Origin: Mobula hypostoma
Lineage: Eukaryota
Assembly (NCBI RefSeq): GCF_963921235.1
Contig: NC_086109.1
Location: forward strand, 20,276,001-20,340,000
DNA length: 64,000 nucleotides
Reading direction: 5' to 3'
Shown here: piece after piece, positions 27,595 to 39,242 of the stretch
Position numbering within the stretch: the first letter of the stretch is position 1
How the letters are laid out: every line of letters starts with the position of its first letter
Notes under the pieces: generated by a model
Seen by the model: only the letters and a program-made list of their open reading frames with translations
Told to the model about the DNA's origin: nothing
Database searches by the model: none
Position numbers and translations under genes: made by a program

Positions 27595-27632
27595 TAGTCC
27601 TGACGAAGGGTCTCGGCCTGAAACATCGACTG
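27595..27632 (+). ncRNA. Minimal hammerhead ribozyme motif (right arm of the Penelope element)
   Basis: TAGTC-CTGACGA-A-GGG tctcgg CCT-GAAAC-ATC-GACTG. Stem I is TAGTC/GACTG. Stem III reads ACAT rather than the palindromic ACGT. Confidence 0.7.
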
Positions 27633-28308
27633 CGCCTCTTCCTATAGATGCTGCTTGGCCTGCTGCATTCACCAGCAACTTTGATGTATGTTGCTTGAAT
27701 TTCCAGCATCTGCAGAATTCCTGTTGTTTGCGTTTAAAGAATCTTTCAATTCTTGTTTGGGGGATTTTCACCCATTCTTCCTTGCAAAAGGCTTCAAGTT
27801 CATTGAGATTATTGGGCCGTCTTGCATGCACTGCTCTTTTGAGGTCTATCCACAGATTCTCGAAGATGTTTAGGTCAGGGGACTGTGTGGGCCATTGTAA
27901 GATCTTCAGCTTGCGCCTCTTGAGGTAATCCATTGTGGATTTTGAGGTGTGTTTAGGTTCATTATCCTGTTGTAGAAGCCATCCTCTTTTCATCTTCGGC
28001 TTTTTTACAGACGGTGTGATGTTTGCTTCCGGAATTTGCTGGTATTTAATTGAATTCATTCTTCCCCTTACCAGTAAATCTTCCTCGTGCCACTGGCTAC
28101 AACACAAACCCAAAGCATGATCGATCCACCCCCGTGCTTAACAGTTGGAGAGGGGTTCTTTTCATGAAATTCTGCACCCTTTTTTCTCCAAACACACCTT
28201 TTTCCCATTGAAGCCAAAACATTCTGTGCAAAAGATTCAAAGGAACATCTAAACAAGCCTGATGCATTTTGGAAACAAGTCCTGTGGACTGATGAAGTTA
28301 AAATATAA

Positions 28309-28458
<150 letters not shown>

Positions 28459-29715
28459 TAGAGGGAAGAATGAATTCAATTAAATACCAGCAAATTCTGG
28501 AAGCAAACATCACGCCATCTGTAAAAAAAAGCCGAAGATGAAAAGAGGATGGCTTCTACAACAGGATAATGAATCTAAGCACACCTCAAAATCCACAATG
28601 GACTACCTCAAGAGATGCAAGCTGAAGGTTTTGCCATGGCCCTCACAGTCCCTTGACCCAAACATCGAGAATCTGTGGATAGACCTCAAAAGAGCAGTGC
28701 ACGCAAGACAGCCCAAGAATCTCACAGAACTAGAAGCCTTTTGCAAGGAAGAATGGGTGAAAATCCCCCAAACAAGAATTGAAAGACACTTAGCTGGCTA
28801 AAAAAAGTGTTTACAAGCTGTGATACTTGCCAAAGGGGGTGTTACTAGGTACTGACCATGCAGGGTGCCCAACTTTTACTTCAGGCCCTTTTCCTTTTTT
28901 GTTATTTTGAAACTGTAAAAGATGGAAATAGAGAAGTTTTCTTGCTTAAAATATTAAAGAAATGTGTCGTCTTTAACTTTATGCCTTTGGGAAATCAGTT
29001 CATCTTTTACTCGCTTAGCTATTCACAGTAACAGAAATTTTGACCGGGGTGCCTCAACTTTTGCATACCACTGTATATTAGCAAGTGATAACACTCAACT
29101 ATACTTTTTAACCGATCAATATTTACTCAGAGCAGATGCTGATACAAGCATACCAAGACCACAATAGCGGGAAAATTAAGTGTTAGCGTGGGATGAAAGA
29201 CACCCATAGAAGCAAGTTGGAAAAAACATGGTCTCCTTCCCAACAGAACATGATTTAACATTTAGGTCTTTGCAAACCCCACAACCTCATTGTTGCTTTT
29301 ATGAATTGTTCAGAAAGTCCTAAGGTGGGATTTAAGCCTGCATTTGAAGGATTACCAGACCAGTACACTAATCACAGCACAACATACAAACTTGTGAATA
29401 TTCACTTCGATCCAAAAAGGTCTTGAAGTCAAATAACTCATGACAGAAGGGGACATCGATCAGTACAGGGAATTCTGATAGCACGAGGATGTGCTTTGAT
29501 GTTTGTAATGTATACTCCTGACTGGATGTGGATGTACGAGATACGACAAGCAAATGTGCGGACGATACAAAAATTGGTGGTGTATAGATTGAGAGGAAGG
29601 TTGACTGAGACTACAGTGTGATACAGATCAGCTTGAAAGTTGGGTGGAGGAATGGTAAATGGAATTTAATCCTAACAAATGCAAAGCAATGCATTTTAAG
29701 AAGGCAAACCAGGGT

Positions 29716-30069
29716 GGCAGAGTGGAGATATGTCTCTACCAAAGGAGCTGCAAGACGTTCTCTCCTTCCACTAGCCTGCAGGTCACCCTTGGCGAGGTAT
29801 AGCACCTGCTTAGGCCCCCTGATCAGTGTTATGTGAAGCCATGGGAGCAGGTGGTGGACGGTCGTATGAGCAGTTGGTGCACATCACAAGTCCTGGTTAT
29901 GCCCAGCAGACAATTTCTGAAGAGTGTTGATAATGGCTGGGGTCACCCATCTTGTAAAGACACTGCCCAGAAGAAGGCAATAGAAACCACTTCTGTAGAA
30001 AGAATCGCCAGGAAAAATCATGGTCACCATGATCGCGCATGTCATATGACATGGCATATAATGATGATG
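29716..30069 (+). mobile_element. RTE-dependent SINE-like element inserted in a CR1 remnant (~29455-30390)
   Basis: TSD aaaccagggt / aaacaagggt, a BovA-like gaagaaggcaatagaaaccacttc motif and a (TGA)n tail like the RTE at 41742-43032. Confidence 0.65.
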
Positions 30070-30425
30070 AAACAAGGGTAGGGTGTATATAGTGAATGGT
30101 GGGATTCAAAGGAGTGTCAGTTAACAGCAGGACCATGGGATACATCCATAATACTGTCAGAACATATGGAGTAGATAATAAAGATCCGTTTGCATGGTGG
30201 AGGTAACTAAGGCAAGGAAGCATTGGTTTAAGATGAGAGGTTGGACATTTAGAGTGGATCTGAAAGGAAGTGTTTTCAACAGGACCGATAGGTGGTCTGG
30301 AGTGCACTGCTTGAAGAGGTGGTGGCGGGAGAAGCTCTCACAAACACTAAAGGTACACCTAGACAAGGCGCAGAGGCTGTGGATCTAATGAGAAGAGAGG
30401 AGATCAGGGTAGGCAAGTACACAGG

Positions 30426-30529
30426 TAGTACAGGAAGAGGAGATTAGTGTAGATAGCTACAACACATAGTACAGGCAGAGGAGATTAGTGTAGATAGCTA
30501 CAACACATAGTACAGGCAGAGGAGATTAG
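30426..30529. repeat. 41-bp tandem repeat, ~2.5 copies
   Basis: gaggagattag recurs at 30437, 30478 and 30519 with identical intervening sequence. Confidence 0.9.
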
Positions 30530-30607
30530 CGATGTTGGAGAAGAGGAAATTCCAAGTAGACATTTCACGACCTTTTCCGTGAGTTTAAAGTGTCGCTCTC
30601 TTTGCAG

Positions 30608-31660
30608 CACAGCCTGGTGTCGGGAGTGATCTCCATGGCAGCCCTGAACGTGGAGCTGAAGAAAGAGGTCGGCGATGCAGTGGGTGAGCCACAGTCTCCT
30701 GAGACGCCGAGGTCTTGGTACCACTACTACTGCCCCGAGTGTGGCAAAGGCTTCAGGTCCCCCTCAGGCCTGGAGAGGCACTTGCGGGTGCACACCGGGG
30801 AGAGACCGTTTGAGTGCCCTGTGTGTGACAAGAGTTTCTACAGCTGTAGCAACCTGACCCGGCACCAGCGCATTCACAGCGAGGAGAGGCCATTCGGCTG
30901 TTCGGCCTGCGAGAAACGCTTCTATACCTCAGGTGAACTCGCTAGGCATGCCCGGGGCCACACGCACAAGCAGCTCCACCCGTGCCCTGTTTGCGGGCAA
31001 GGTTTCTGCACGCCCGGCGAGATGGCCCGGCACCGAGCCTCGCACACCGGCGGCCGGCCATTTGAGTGTGGCGTCTGCCACAAACGCTTCTGGACAGCCA
31101 GCTACCTGGCCAAGCACGGGCGTCTTCACAGTGGCGAGCGACCGTTCTCCTGCTCCGTCTGCCACAAGGCCTTCCGGGCGGCCGGCTACCTGGCCAAGCA
31201 CGAGCGCATCCACACCGGAGAGAAGCCCTTCGCCTGCGCTGGCTGCGGCAAGCGCTTCTGCGCCTCCAACAAGCTGGCCGAGCACCGGCAGATCCACCGG
31301 GCCGACAAGGCCTTCGAGTGTGCGGCCTGTGGCAAGCGGTTCCGTGCCTCGCGCAACCTGGCGCAGCACCGGCGCGTGCACGGCGAGCGGCGGCCCTTCG
31401 TCTGCCCTGTTTGCGGCAAGGCGCTGGCCTACTCGGCCACACTGCGCATCCACCAGCGCATCCACTCGGGCGAGCGCCCCTTCAAGTGTGCCGACTGTGG
31501 AAAGGGCTTCACACAGGCCTTCAGCCTGAAGCTGCACCAGTACCACCACAGCGGGGAGCGGCCCCACCGGTGCCCGCTCTGCGGCAAGGGCTTCGTGCTG
31601 GCCAGTTACCTGGCAAAGCACCGGTGTGCCGGCCTGCCGGAGCGGGAGGCAAAAGAGTGA
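30608..31660 (+). CDS. Kruppel-type zinc-finger protein main exon (10 C2H2 + terminal C2HC finger)
   Basis: Uninterrupted ORF with CxxC-x12-HxxxH repeats and TGERPF/SGERPF/TGEKPF linkers, very high GC3, acceptor ctctctttgcag at 30607, internal ATG at 30635 and TGA at 31658-31660. Confidence 0.95.
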   Translation, partial: HSLVSGVISMAALNVELKKEVGDAVGEPQSPETPRSWYHYYCPECGKGFRSPSGLERHLRVHTGERPFECPVCDKSFYSCSNLTRHQRIHSEERPFGCSACEKRFYTSGELARHARGHTHKQLHPCPVCGQGFCTPGEMARHRASHTGGRPFECGVCHKRFWTASYLAKHGRLHSGERPFSCSVCHKAFRAAGYLAKHERIHTGEKPFACAGCGKRFCASNKLAEHRQIHRADKAFECAACGKRFRASRNLAQHRRVHGERRPFVCPVCGKALAYSATLRIHQRIHSGERPFKCADCGKGFTQAFSLKLHQYHHSGERPHRCPLCGKGFVLASYLAKHRCAGLPEREAKE

Positions 31661-32140
31661 GGTTGAACTGTCCTCCCTCCGTCTCCCCCAAGTTACAACC
31701 TTCGTGGAGTCTACAGCAGGGAAAAGGCACTTTTGCCCACTGAGTCCATACTGACCATTAGGCACCCATTTACACCAGTCCTACACTGATCCCGCCACTC
31801 CTTCCCCCCCCACCCCCCAGTTCCCTGACCCTGCCAACCTGCTCCTGCGCACCCCCCCCCCCCATTCCCAGGGTTTTCCATTCACCTTCATACACTTTAC
31901 AGCACTTATTTATCCTACCAATCCACCCTCCTCTGGAATGTGCCAGGAAACAAGGACGCCACAGAGACTACGTGAGACTATTTATGAGAATGCTGCTGAG
32001 ACCGCCCCCCCCCCCCCGGGGCCTGACTTACAGGGAGAGGTTGGGCAGGCCTGCACTTTATTGTTTAGAGTGTAAGAATCTGAGCGGGACCTTGTAGAGG
32101 GTTATAAGATCATGAGGGGGCATAGATGGGGTGAGTGCAC

Positions 32141-32430
32141 TGCTGGCTCTCTGTCTATCTTCTGGTCCTTACGGGAGTCAGGAACGATGGGCCGTATGAA
32201 TTCCAATGCTTCAGTTTATTTTAGAGTACAAATAAATATACAACTCCTTATCAAACTAAATGAAGAGCTGAGAACCGATGCTGAGAGGTAGGATGAATGC
32301 GGAGACAAGAGAATAAAGAAGCCAAGATGGCGCCTCTGAAAAATCCTTCACTTTTATAATAAGATAAGGAGAAAGGATCCAGCGCTTTCCCGGCGTGTCT
32401 GACAGATAAACCCTTCTTGGGCTTCCAGCT
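32141..32430 (-). mobile_element. Possible solo LTR downstream of the ZNF stop codon
   Basis: Minus strand has TATAAAA, then ggcgccatcttgg, then AATAAA. Ends are TGCTGG...CCAGCt and flanks are gtgcac/gggcac. It interrupts a CR1 remnant. Confidence 0.4.
32231..32236 (+). terminator. Candidate poly(A) signal of the ZNF gene
   Basis: First AATAAA noticed after the stop codon; a second lies at 32312. Confidence 0.35.
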
Positions 32431-32449
32431 GGGCACAGGTATTGATTTT

Positions 32450-32492
32450 ATCCAACATTTCAGTGACAGATTCCGCCATCTTCATCAGGGAT
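32450..32492 (-). ncRNA. Hammerhead motif of a second Penelope-like family
   Basis: ATCC-CTGATGA-A-gatggcgga atctgtcact-GAAAT-GTT-GGAT. Stem I is ATCC/GGAT; stem II is longer and imperfect. Confidence 0.55.
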
Positions 32493-32579
32493 GATGTCTA
32501 GTCACGCCTAGTTCGGTGGTATATAGACCCCCGTCGTCCATCCCTCCTGATTGGCTAGTCTGGGTGGTCTCCAACCTGA

Positions 32580-33140
32580 TGGCATGGTCCATCCATGGCC
32601 TCCTCTACTTTCGCGATGAGACCACACTCAGGTTGGAGGAGCAACACCTTATATTCTGTCCAGGTAGCCTCCAACCCGATGGCATGAACATCGATATCTC
32701 GAACTTCCAGTGATGCGCCCCCCCCCATCTCCTTCTCTATTTCCCATCCCCTTTTCCCTCTCTCACCTTATCTCCTCGCCTGCCCATCGCCTCCCTCTGG
32801 TGCTCCTCCCCCTTTTTCTTTCTTCCATGGCCTTCTGTCCTCTCCTATCAGATCCCCCCCTTCTCCAGCCCTGTATCTCCTTCACCAATCAACTTCCCAA
32901 CTCTTTACTTCACCCCTCCCCCTCCCGATTTCACCTGTCACCTTGTGTTTATCTCTCCCCGCCCCCCTGCCCCTCTACCTCAGACTCCTCATCTTTTTTT
33001 TTCTCCAGTCCTGCTGAAGGGTCTCGGCCCGAAACTTTGACTGTACTCATTTTCCCCGGATGCTGCCTGGCCTGCTGAGTTTCTCCAGCATTTTGTTTGT
33101 GTTACTTAGGCTTCCAGCATCTGCAGATTTTCTTGTTTGA
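32580..33140 (+). mobile_element. Penelope-like 3' fragment with mutated hammerhead (CTGCTGA)
   Basis: SIHGLLYFRDETTLRLEEQHLIFCPGSLQPDGMNIDISNFQ, homologous to 27170-27300, then a pyrimidine-rich UTR and cagtcctgctgaagggtctcggcccgaaac. Confidence 0.85.
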
Positions 33141-35093
33141 GTTTAGCTGCCGTACCACTTTCTGCCAGTGAGTGTGAAAAATACAGGAGTTTGATAAAAA
33201 TTACACATCTTATAAAAAGTATTATTAAAAAAAGTGGTTTCCAACATCACACAGATTTTTCCCCCTAGGGAAAGGGAATCAAGAAGAAGAATTAAAGGAA
33301 GTGGAGGAAAGGTTTAAAAAGGCTAAGGGGAAATATTTTCACACGTACCGAGGTGGTGTGTGTATGGAATGAGCTGCCAGAGAAAGCAGTTGATGCACAT
33401 ACAATAATAACGTGTAAAAGATATTTTGATAAAAATATAGACAGGAAAGGTTGGGACTAGCTTGGGTCAGCAAAGATGAGATGGGCTGAAGGATATGTTT
33501 CTGTACTGTATTACTCTGACACCCTGGGGGAAATTTGGGCACTGCAGGGAAAACATGCAGACTGCACACAGACAGCAACAGAGGTCAGGAATGAAGCCAG
33601 ATCTCTGTCACTGTGAAGCAGCAGCTCGACAGCATGACCAATGTATCACACCATCCCGTCCTTACACTAAGCTGTGTTCCTCTGCTTCACGTTAAAGCAG
33701 TGTCTCAAAATGCAAAGTTCTCACCCTTGATTTCAAATCCCTCCCTTTGTGACATCCTCCAGCCATACAACCCTCCCATATCACTACCCCCTCTAATTTG
33801 ACCTCTTTTGAATTTACCATATCAGCTCTCGGCAGTACCTTCAGATTCTAGTACACTAAAAAATGGAATTGCTGACATTAACCCGTCTACTTCTCTACTT
33901 CCCGTTTCTCCTTTTAAGGCGCCTACCTCTTAAAATAACCTTCAGTCATATTTTAATTTCTTACGTTGCTTGTTGTCAAATGTTGTCTTGAGTAGCTGCT
34001 TGGGTTTTGGGGATATGAAAAGTTATTGTATAAATGCACATGAACTGTTTTTGTTGTTGCTGAGGGACCCAGCATCATATTCTTACCTTACGTATTTTGT
34101 AGAAGTTATTGCACAGAAATAGACCATTATGTCCAACTGTCTTGGGCTAGTTACAGTCCACATGTGGCTGCTGGCATTTCATCTACCTAATTGTACTGAT
34201 TCAATATTGTGGTCAGTTACTCCACTGATTATGTAATATGTTCCCTTGCCTGTTTCCTGTGTCTATGAGTTGCACATTTTAAGTGTTTTGAGTGAAGAAG
34301 TCTCCCTGTTCTATTGTATTAACTTGTCATTGTCTTATATGTACAGCTCTTAGTTTTGTGTTATTCTACATGTGGAAATAATTCTGACATGGGCGTCTGT
34401 GGTTCAGTGGCCTCCTCTGCAGTAAACCTCCAACCCATTCAAGCTTAAAGACCTTCATCAGTTTAATTGTCTTTAGTGAATGTGAATTACGGAACCTCTC
34501 TGATCATTAGAGACAACTATAACTTCTCAGTCCAGCAACGCTAACGCTTGGGAACTATTACTGTGCTGTGCACACAAAGCACAGCCTGAAAGATGACCTG
34601 TATAAGTTTAACATAAGCTTTTGAATTCTATGTCCTGATAAGTTCCTGTGCTTTGTCGGCATTCAGTTTACTTTGCAGACGTATGATTCTGCTTTAAATG
34701 GAGTTTAAAGTTTGGACGTTGCTGAAAGTGGATGAATGTTAATGAATTTGTTGGAAATACAGTACTTGTCTGAGTTTGTTGTGCTCCCTATTGTAGTAAT
34801 CATCTTTGTTTGATAGTCTATTAAAAGAATTGCTGATCACAACATGTGAAAGTGTTGTTTCATTTTTTTAAATGTAGTTTTGCATCACTAAGGTGGAGGG
34901 GATTAAGAGCATGCATTTAAGGTGAGGGGATGAATTCAAAGGAGGTGTGCGGGGCAAATATTTTTACGCAGATAGCAGTGGGTGCCTGGAATGTGCTGTC
35001 TGAGGTGGCGGTGGAGGCAAATATGATGTAAGTGTTGAAGAGGCTCTTAGACAGGGACATGAATGTGCAGAGAATGAAAGGATATGGATATAG

Positions 35094-36249
35094 TATAGAA
35101 AATAGGTGCAGGAGTAGGCCATTCGGCCCTTCGAGCCTGCACCGCCATTTATTATGATCATGGCTGATCCTCCAACTCAGAACCCCGCCCCAGCCTTCCC
35201 TCCATACCCCCTGACCCCCGTAGCCACAAGGGCCATATCTAACTCCCTCTTAAATATAGCCAATGAACTGGCCTCAACTGTTTCCTGTGGCAGAGAATTC
35301 CACAGATTCACCACTCTCTGTGTGAAGAAGTTTTTCCTAATCTCGGTCCTAAAAGGCTTCCCCTCTATCCTCAAACTGTGGCCCCTCGTTCTGGACTTCC
35401 CTAACATCGGGAACAATCTTCCTGCATCTAGCCTGTCCAATCCCTTTAGGATCGTATACGTTTCAATCAGATCCCCCCTCAATCTTCTAAATTCCAACGA
35501 GTACAAGCCCAGTTCATCCAGTCTTTCTTCATATGAAAGACCTGCCATCCCAGGAATCAATCTGGTGAACCTTCTTTGTACTCCCTCTATGGCAAGGATG
35601 TCTTTCCTCAGATTAGGGGACCAAAACTGCACACAATACTCCAGGTGTGGTCTCACCAAGGCCTTGTACAACTGCAGTAGTACCTCCCTGCTCCTGTACT
35701 CGAATCCTCTCGCTATAAATGCCAGCATACCATTCGCCTTTTTCACCGCCTGCTGTACCTGCATGCCCACTTTCAATGACTGGTGTATAATGACACCCAG
35801 GTCTCGTTGCACCTCCCCTTTTCCTAATTGGCCACCATTCAGATAATAATCTGTTTTCCTATTTTTGCCACCAAAGTGGATAACTTCACATTTATCCACA
35901 TTAAATTGCATCTGCCATGAATTTGCCCACTCACCCAACCTATCCAAGTCACCCTGCATCCTCTTAGCATCCTCCTCACAGCTAACACTGCCACCCAGCT
36001 TCGTGTCATCCGCAAACTTGGAGATGCTGCATTTAATTCCCTCATCCAAGTCATTAATATATATTGTAAACAACTGGGGTCCCAGCACTGAGCCTTGCGG
36101 TACTCCACTAGTCACCGCCTGCCATTCTGAAAAGGTCCCGTTTATTCCCACTCTTTGCTTCCTGTCTGCTAACCAATTCTCCACCCACACCAATACCTTA
36201 CCCCCAATACCATGTGCTTTAAGTTTGCACACTAATCTGTGTGGGACCT
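35094..36249 (-). mobile_element. Young 5'-truncated CR1 LINE with an open 351-aa RT fragment
   Basis: ORF 35177-36232 has no stops; near-identical to 9379-10533. Confidence 0.95.
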
Positions 36250-38909
36250 ATAGGTGAAGGGATTAATTTTGTTGCAGATTGTAATCACTATTTAGAATAG
36301 TTAAGAACAACATTGTGAGCCGAACAGCTTGTTCCTGTGGTGTAATTTCCTATATTCATTCATTCTCAGTCGCTGAGAAATCCCAGAACATTTGAACTGT
36401 GGGAGTAATATACTTCATGGACTACAACTCAACTCTACATCCGTTTGGTCACATTAGGTCTCTTTCTATGTTATATGACTCTATAAACTCTATATCCACC
36501 TCAAAGAAGGAATTGGGATAAATGCTGGCCCTCTTTGTCCAAAAAAAATTATGCCCCGCAATCCCTTCGCCCTCACTTGACTGGACAATGGACACCTTAG
36601 TTTAACATCAGATCTGAAATATGTCACCTTTAACAATGCAGCAGTCCCATTCCCTATATTGAAAAAGTGCAAAGGAATTATCCGGAATAACTTTGCTGAT
36701 CTTTGTCCTTTGATTATCTGGTCTTTGCTATGTGCAAAATGGCTGTCTTACAAATGCAGCTACTTTGAGAGTGTAAAACACTACAGCACAGTACAGGCCC
36801 TTCGGCCCATGATATTGTGCAGAATATTTGACCTATTCTAAGATCAATCTAAGCCCTCCAGTTTTCTTTCTTCCATGTGACTAGTTAAATTTCCTAAGTG
36901 CCCCTAATGTATCTGCTTCTGCCACCACCCCAGCAACGTGTGCCATGCATCCACCACTCTCTGTGTAAAAAAACTTACCTCTGGCACCCCCCCCCACCTA
37001 TACTTTCCTTCAATCACCTTAAATTAAGCCCCTTCCTATTATTAACCATTTGTGTCCTGAGAGAAAGTCTCTGGCTATCCACTCGATCTCTGTCTTATCA
37101 TCTAGCACACCTTGATCGAGTCAAATCTCATCCTCCTTCACTCCAAAGAGTAAAGTCCTAGCTTGCTCAGCCTACCCTCAAAAGACAGGTACTTTATGAA
37201 AAGTACCTCAGTGGTTGAAAAGCGCACTCTGATATCCTGAAGTTATGGAGGGTCCTATGTGAATGCAAGTTGTTTGCATGATCTTGCACAGATCCTTTAA
37301 GCTGACATGTACAATAGAATTAATAGTATCAAGATTAGCCCATCAGACATGAAAGGCAGCCCACACCGCACATGTGTGATCTGTCATACACAGAGGTGCT
37401 GTCCTCATTCCCTTCCTGTGGTGGTTCAATGAGCCATTTCTGTTGGAAAACTGATGCTGCCTGAATTAAAAAGCGCATCCTGTGAGCTTGGACTGAGCAA
37501 GTTCGGGCTTTTCTCTTTGGGGCAAAGGAGGATAGGAGGTGACTTGATAAGAGGCATTGATAGAGTGGGCAGCCAGTGCCATTTCCAAAGGCAGAAATGA
37601 CTAATACAAGAGGGTAAAATTTTAAGGTGATTGCAGGAAAGTATAGTGGGGATGTCAGAGGGGGATATTTTACACAGAGTGGTGGGTGCATGGAACACGG
37701 GTGGTGGTAGAGGCAGAGACATTAGGGACATTTAAGAGGCTCTTAGATAGGCATGTGGATGATAGAAAAATGGAGGGCCATGTGGGAGAGAAGAGTTAGA
37801 TTTATCGTAGAGTAGGTTAAAGGGTCAGCACGAGATTGTGAGCTGAATGGCCTGTACTGGTCTATGTTCTCTAAAATCTTTCTCCCTCATGCCTCATCCT
37901 CTTTGATAAAATGGAAAGCACTAAGACTTTCTGGTGTGTGGATTCTTGACTCTTGGCACCATTCACTCCTTGCTTAACACTGTAGAGAGCATACAGGCAG
38001 ATGCCAGCAGGCGACTCTGCCATGAGGGACACTATGTTCAGTGCAGTCCTCATTCTGCCATACTGCTCTATGTCCTGAAAGAATTTGTTGTGAAGACAGT
38101 TGTGAAGGAAGTAACAGCGGGCCTACAGTAGGCAGCCACACAACCAGCAGCAGTGAGCAGAGAACACGGCCTGAATGGTGAGAGTCCTCGATAACGGATG
38201 CTGCTTCCTTGCGGCAGGGCTCCTTGTAGATATGCTCAATAATGGGGAGGGCTTCGGTAATGGACTGGGCTACATCCAATACCTTCTGTTCTTGGGCATT
38301 GGTGTTTCCATAACAGGACATGCCAGATCTGGGCAAGGCCAGCCAAAGGGCCGATTTCTACTCCGTACAACCGATTGAAATCTCACCACACAGGGCTGGA
38401 ATGAATGCAGCTGGCTGGAGAAGTTCAACTCCTTCCAGGACCCAGCAGCTTATCTACTTTTGTTAAGCGATACGACTCAGTAACGGGACCTTCTGCTTCA
38501 GTGAGCCTGTCTTGCCCAATTACACCCACTTGACCAATTAACCTAACCCATACATCTTCGGTTGTGGGAGGAAATCGGAGCAGTAGATATAAACTCCTTA
38601 CAGACAGCAGTGGGCACTGAACCCTGGCTGTTCGCTCTATTAAAGCGCTACGCTACGGTTCTGCCCCCAGTTTATTTAATCTACTTCTCTTGCTACCAGA
38701 CCTGATGAAGCATCATTCATGCCAGGGAAGATAGCTAGACTGAGGAGCTCACATGACAAATATTGACCTACTGTGACCAAGACCAACTCTGTACTTCTGG
38801 AATCTTCTCTTCAATTCTTCTTAGCACGTTTTTTTTTGCCAGAGCTCATTGGCCAAATGGTACCTTAACGGTAAGTACAGTTTATCTTAGAGTACCTGAC
38901 CTTTGGCTT

Positions 38910-39218
38910 TTAGGCATCCGTTAGTCTTGCGAGACCATGGATCTGCACCTGGAAAGTCTTCACTCTCCAGGGCGCAGGCCTCGGCAAGGTTGTATGGAAG
39001 ACCAGCAGTTGTCTATGCTGCAAGTCTCCCCTCTCCATGACACCGATGTTGTCCAAGGGAAGGGCAAGGGCCGATACAGCTTGGCACTGGTGTCATCATG
39101 GAGCACTGTGTGGTTAAGTGCTTTGCTCAAGGACACAATGCACTGCCTCGGCTGGGGCTCGAACTCACAACCTTCAGATCACTAGTCGAATGCCTTAACC
39201 ACTTGGCCACATGATCAC
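38910..39218 (-). mobile_element. tRNA-derived SINE, copy 3
   Basis: Same family as 2598-2910, with a perfect 12-bp TSD gacctttggctt (38898-38909 and 39219-39230). Confidence 0.85.
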
Positions 39219-39242
39219 GACCTTTGGCTTATGCCTGGGCTA

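Larger units (their letters stand above)
25276..27736. mobile_element. Penelope-like retroelement (Neptune-like, Cys-rich linker + GIY-YIG) inserted as an inverted pair
   Basis: LPFLD..VYHKPT RT C-terminus, CKRNKCYTC linker and VIYCVRCSRCGLLYIGET..RFAEH..VATHF endonuclease. Arms 25271-26334 (-) and 26634-27698 (+). TSD aagaatctttcaa at 25263-25275 and 27737-27749. Confidence 0.92.

Noticed and set aside
27340..28113. 257-aa ORF suggesting a transposase fusion protein
   Set aside because: Tc1 remnant reading through the insertion junction into antisense Penelope UTR; lacks the first catalytic Asp and the HTH region.
30426..30529. CRISPR-like array
   Set aside because: Plain tandem repeat without unique spacers, in eukaryotic context.
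30929..31765. 278-aa antisense ORF and other overlapping ORFs across the ZNF exon
   Set aside because: Shadow frames expected from very high GC3; no recognisable motifs.
35177..36232. Domesticated reverse transcriptase gene
   Set aside because: 5'-truncated young CR1 with a near-identical sibling; the open frame reflects recent insertion.
38843..38870. 28-nt micro-exon (ttttgccag ... ACG|gtaagt)
   Set aside because: Good splice signals but no partner exons or recognisable peptide; cannot be supported without RNA data.
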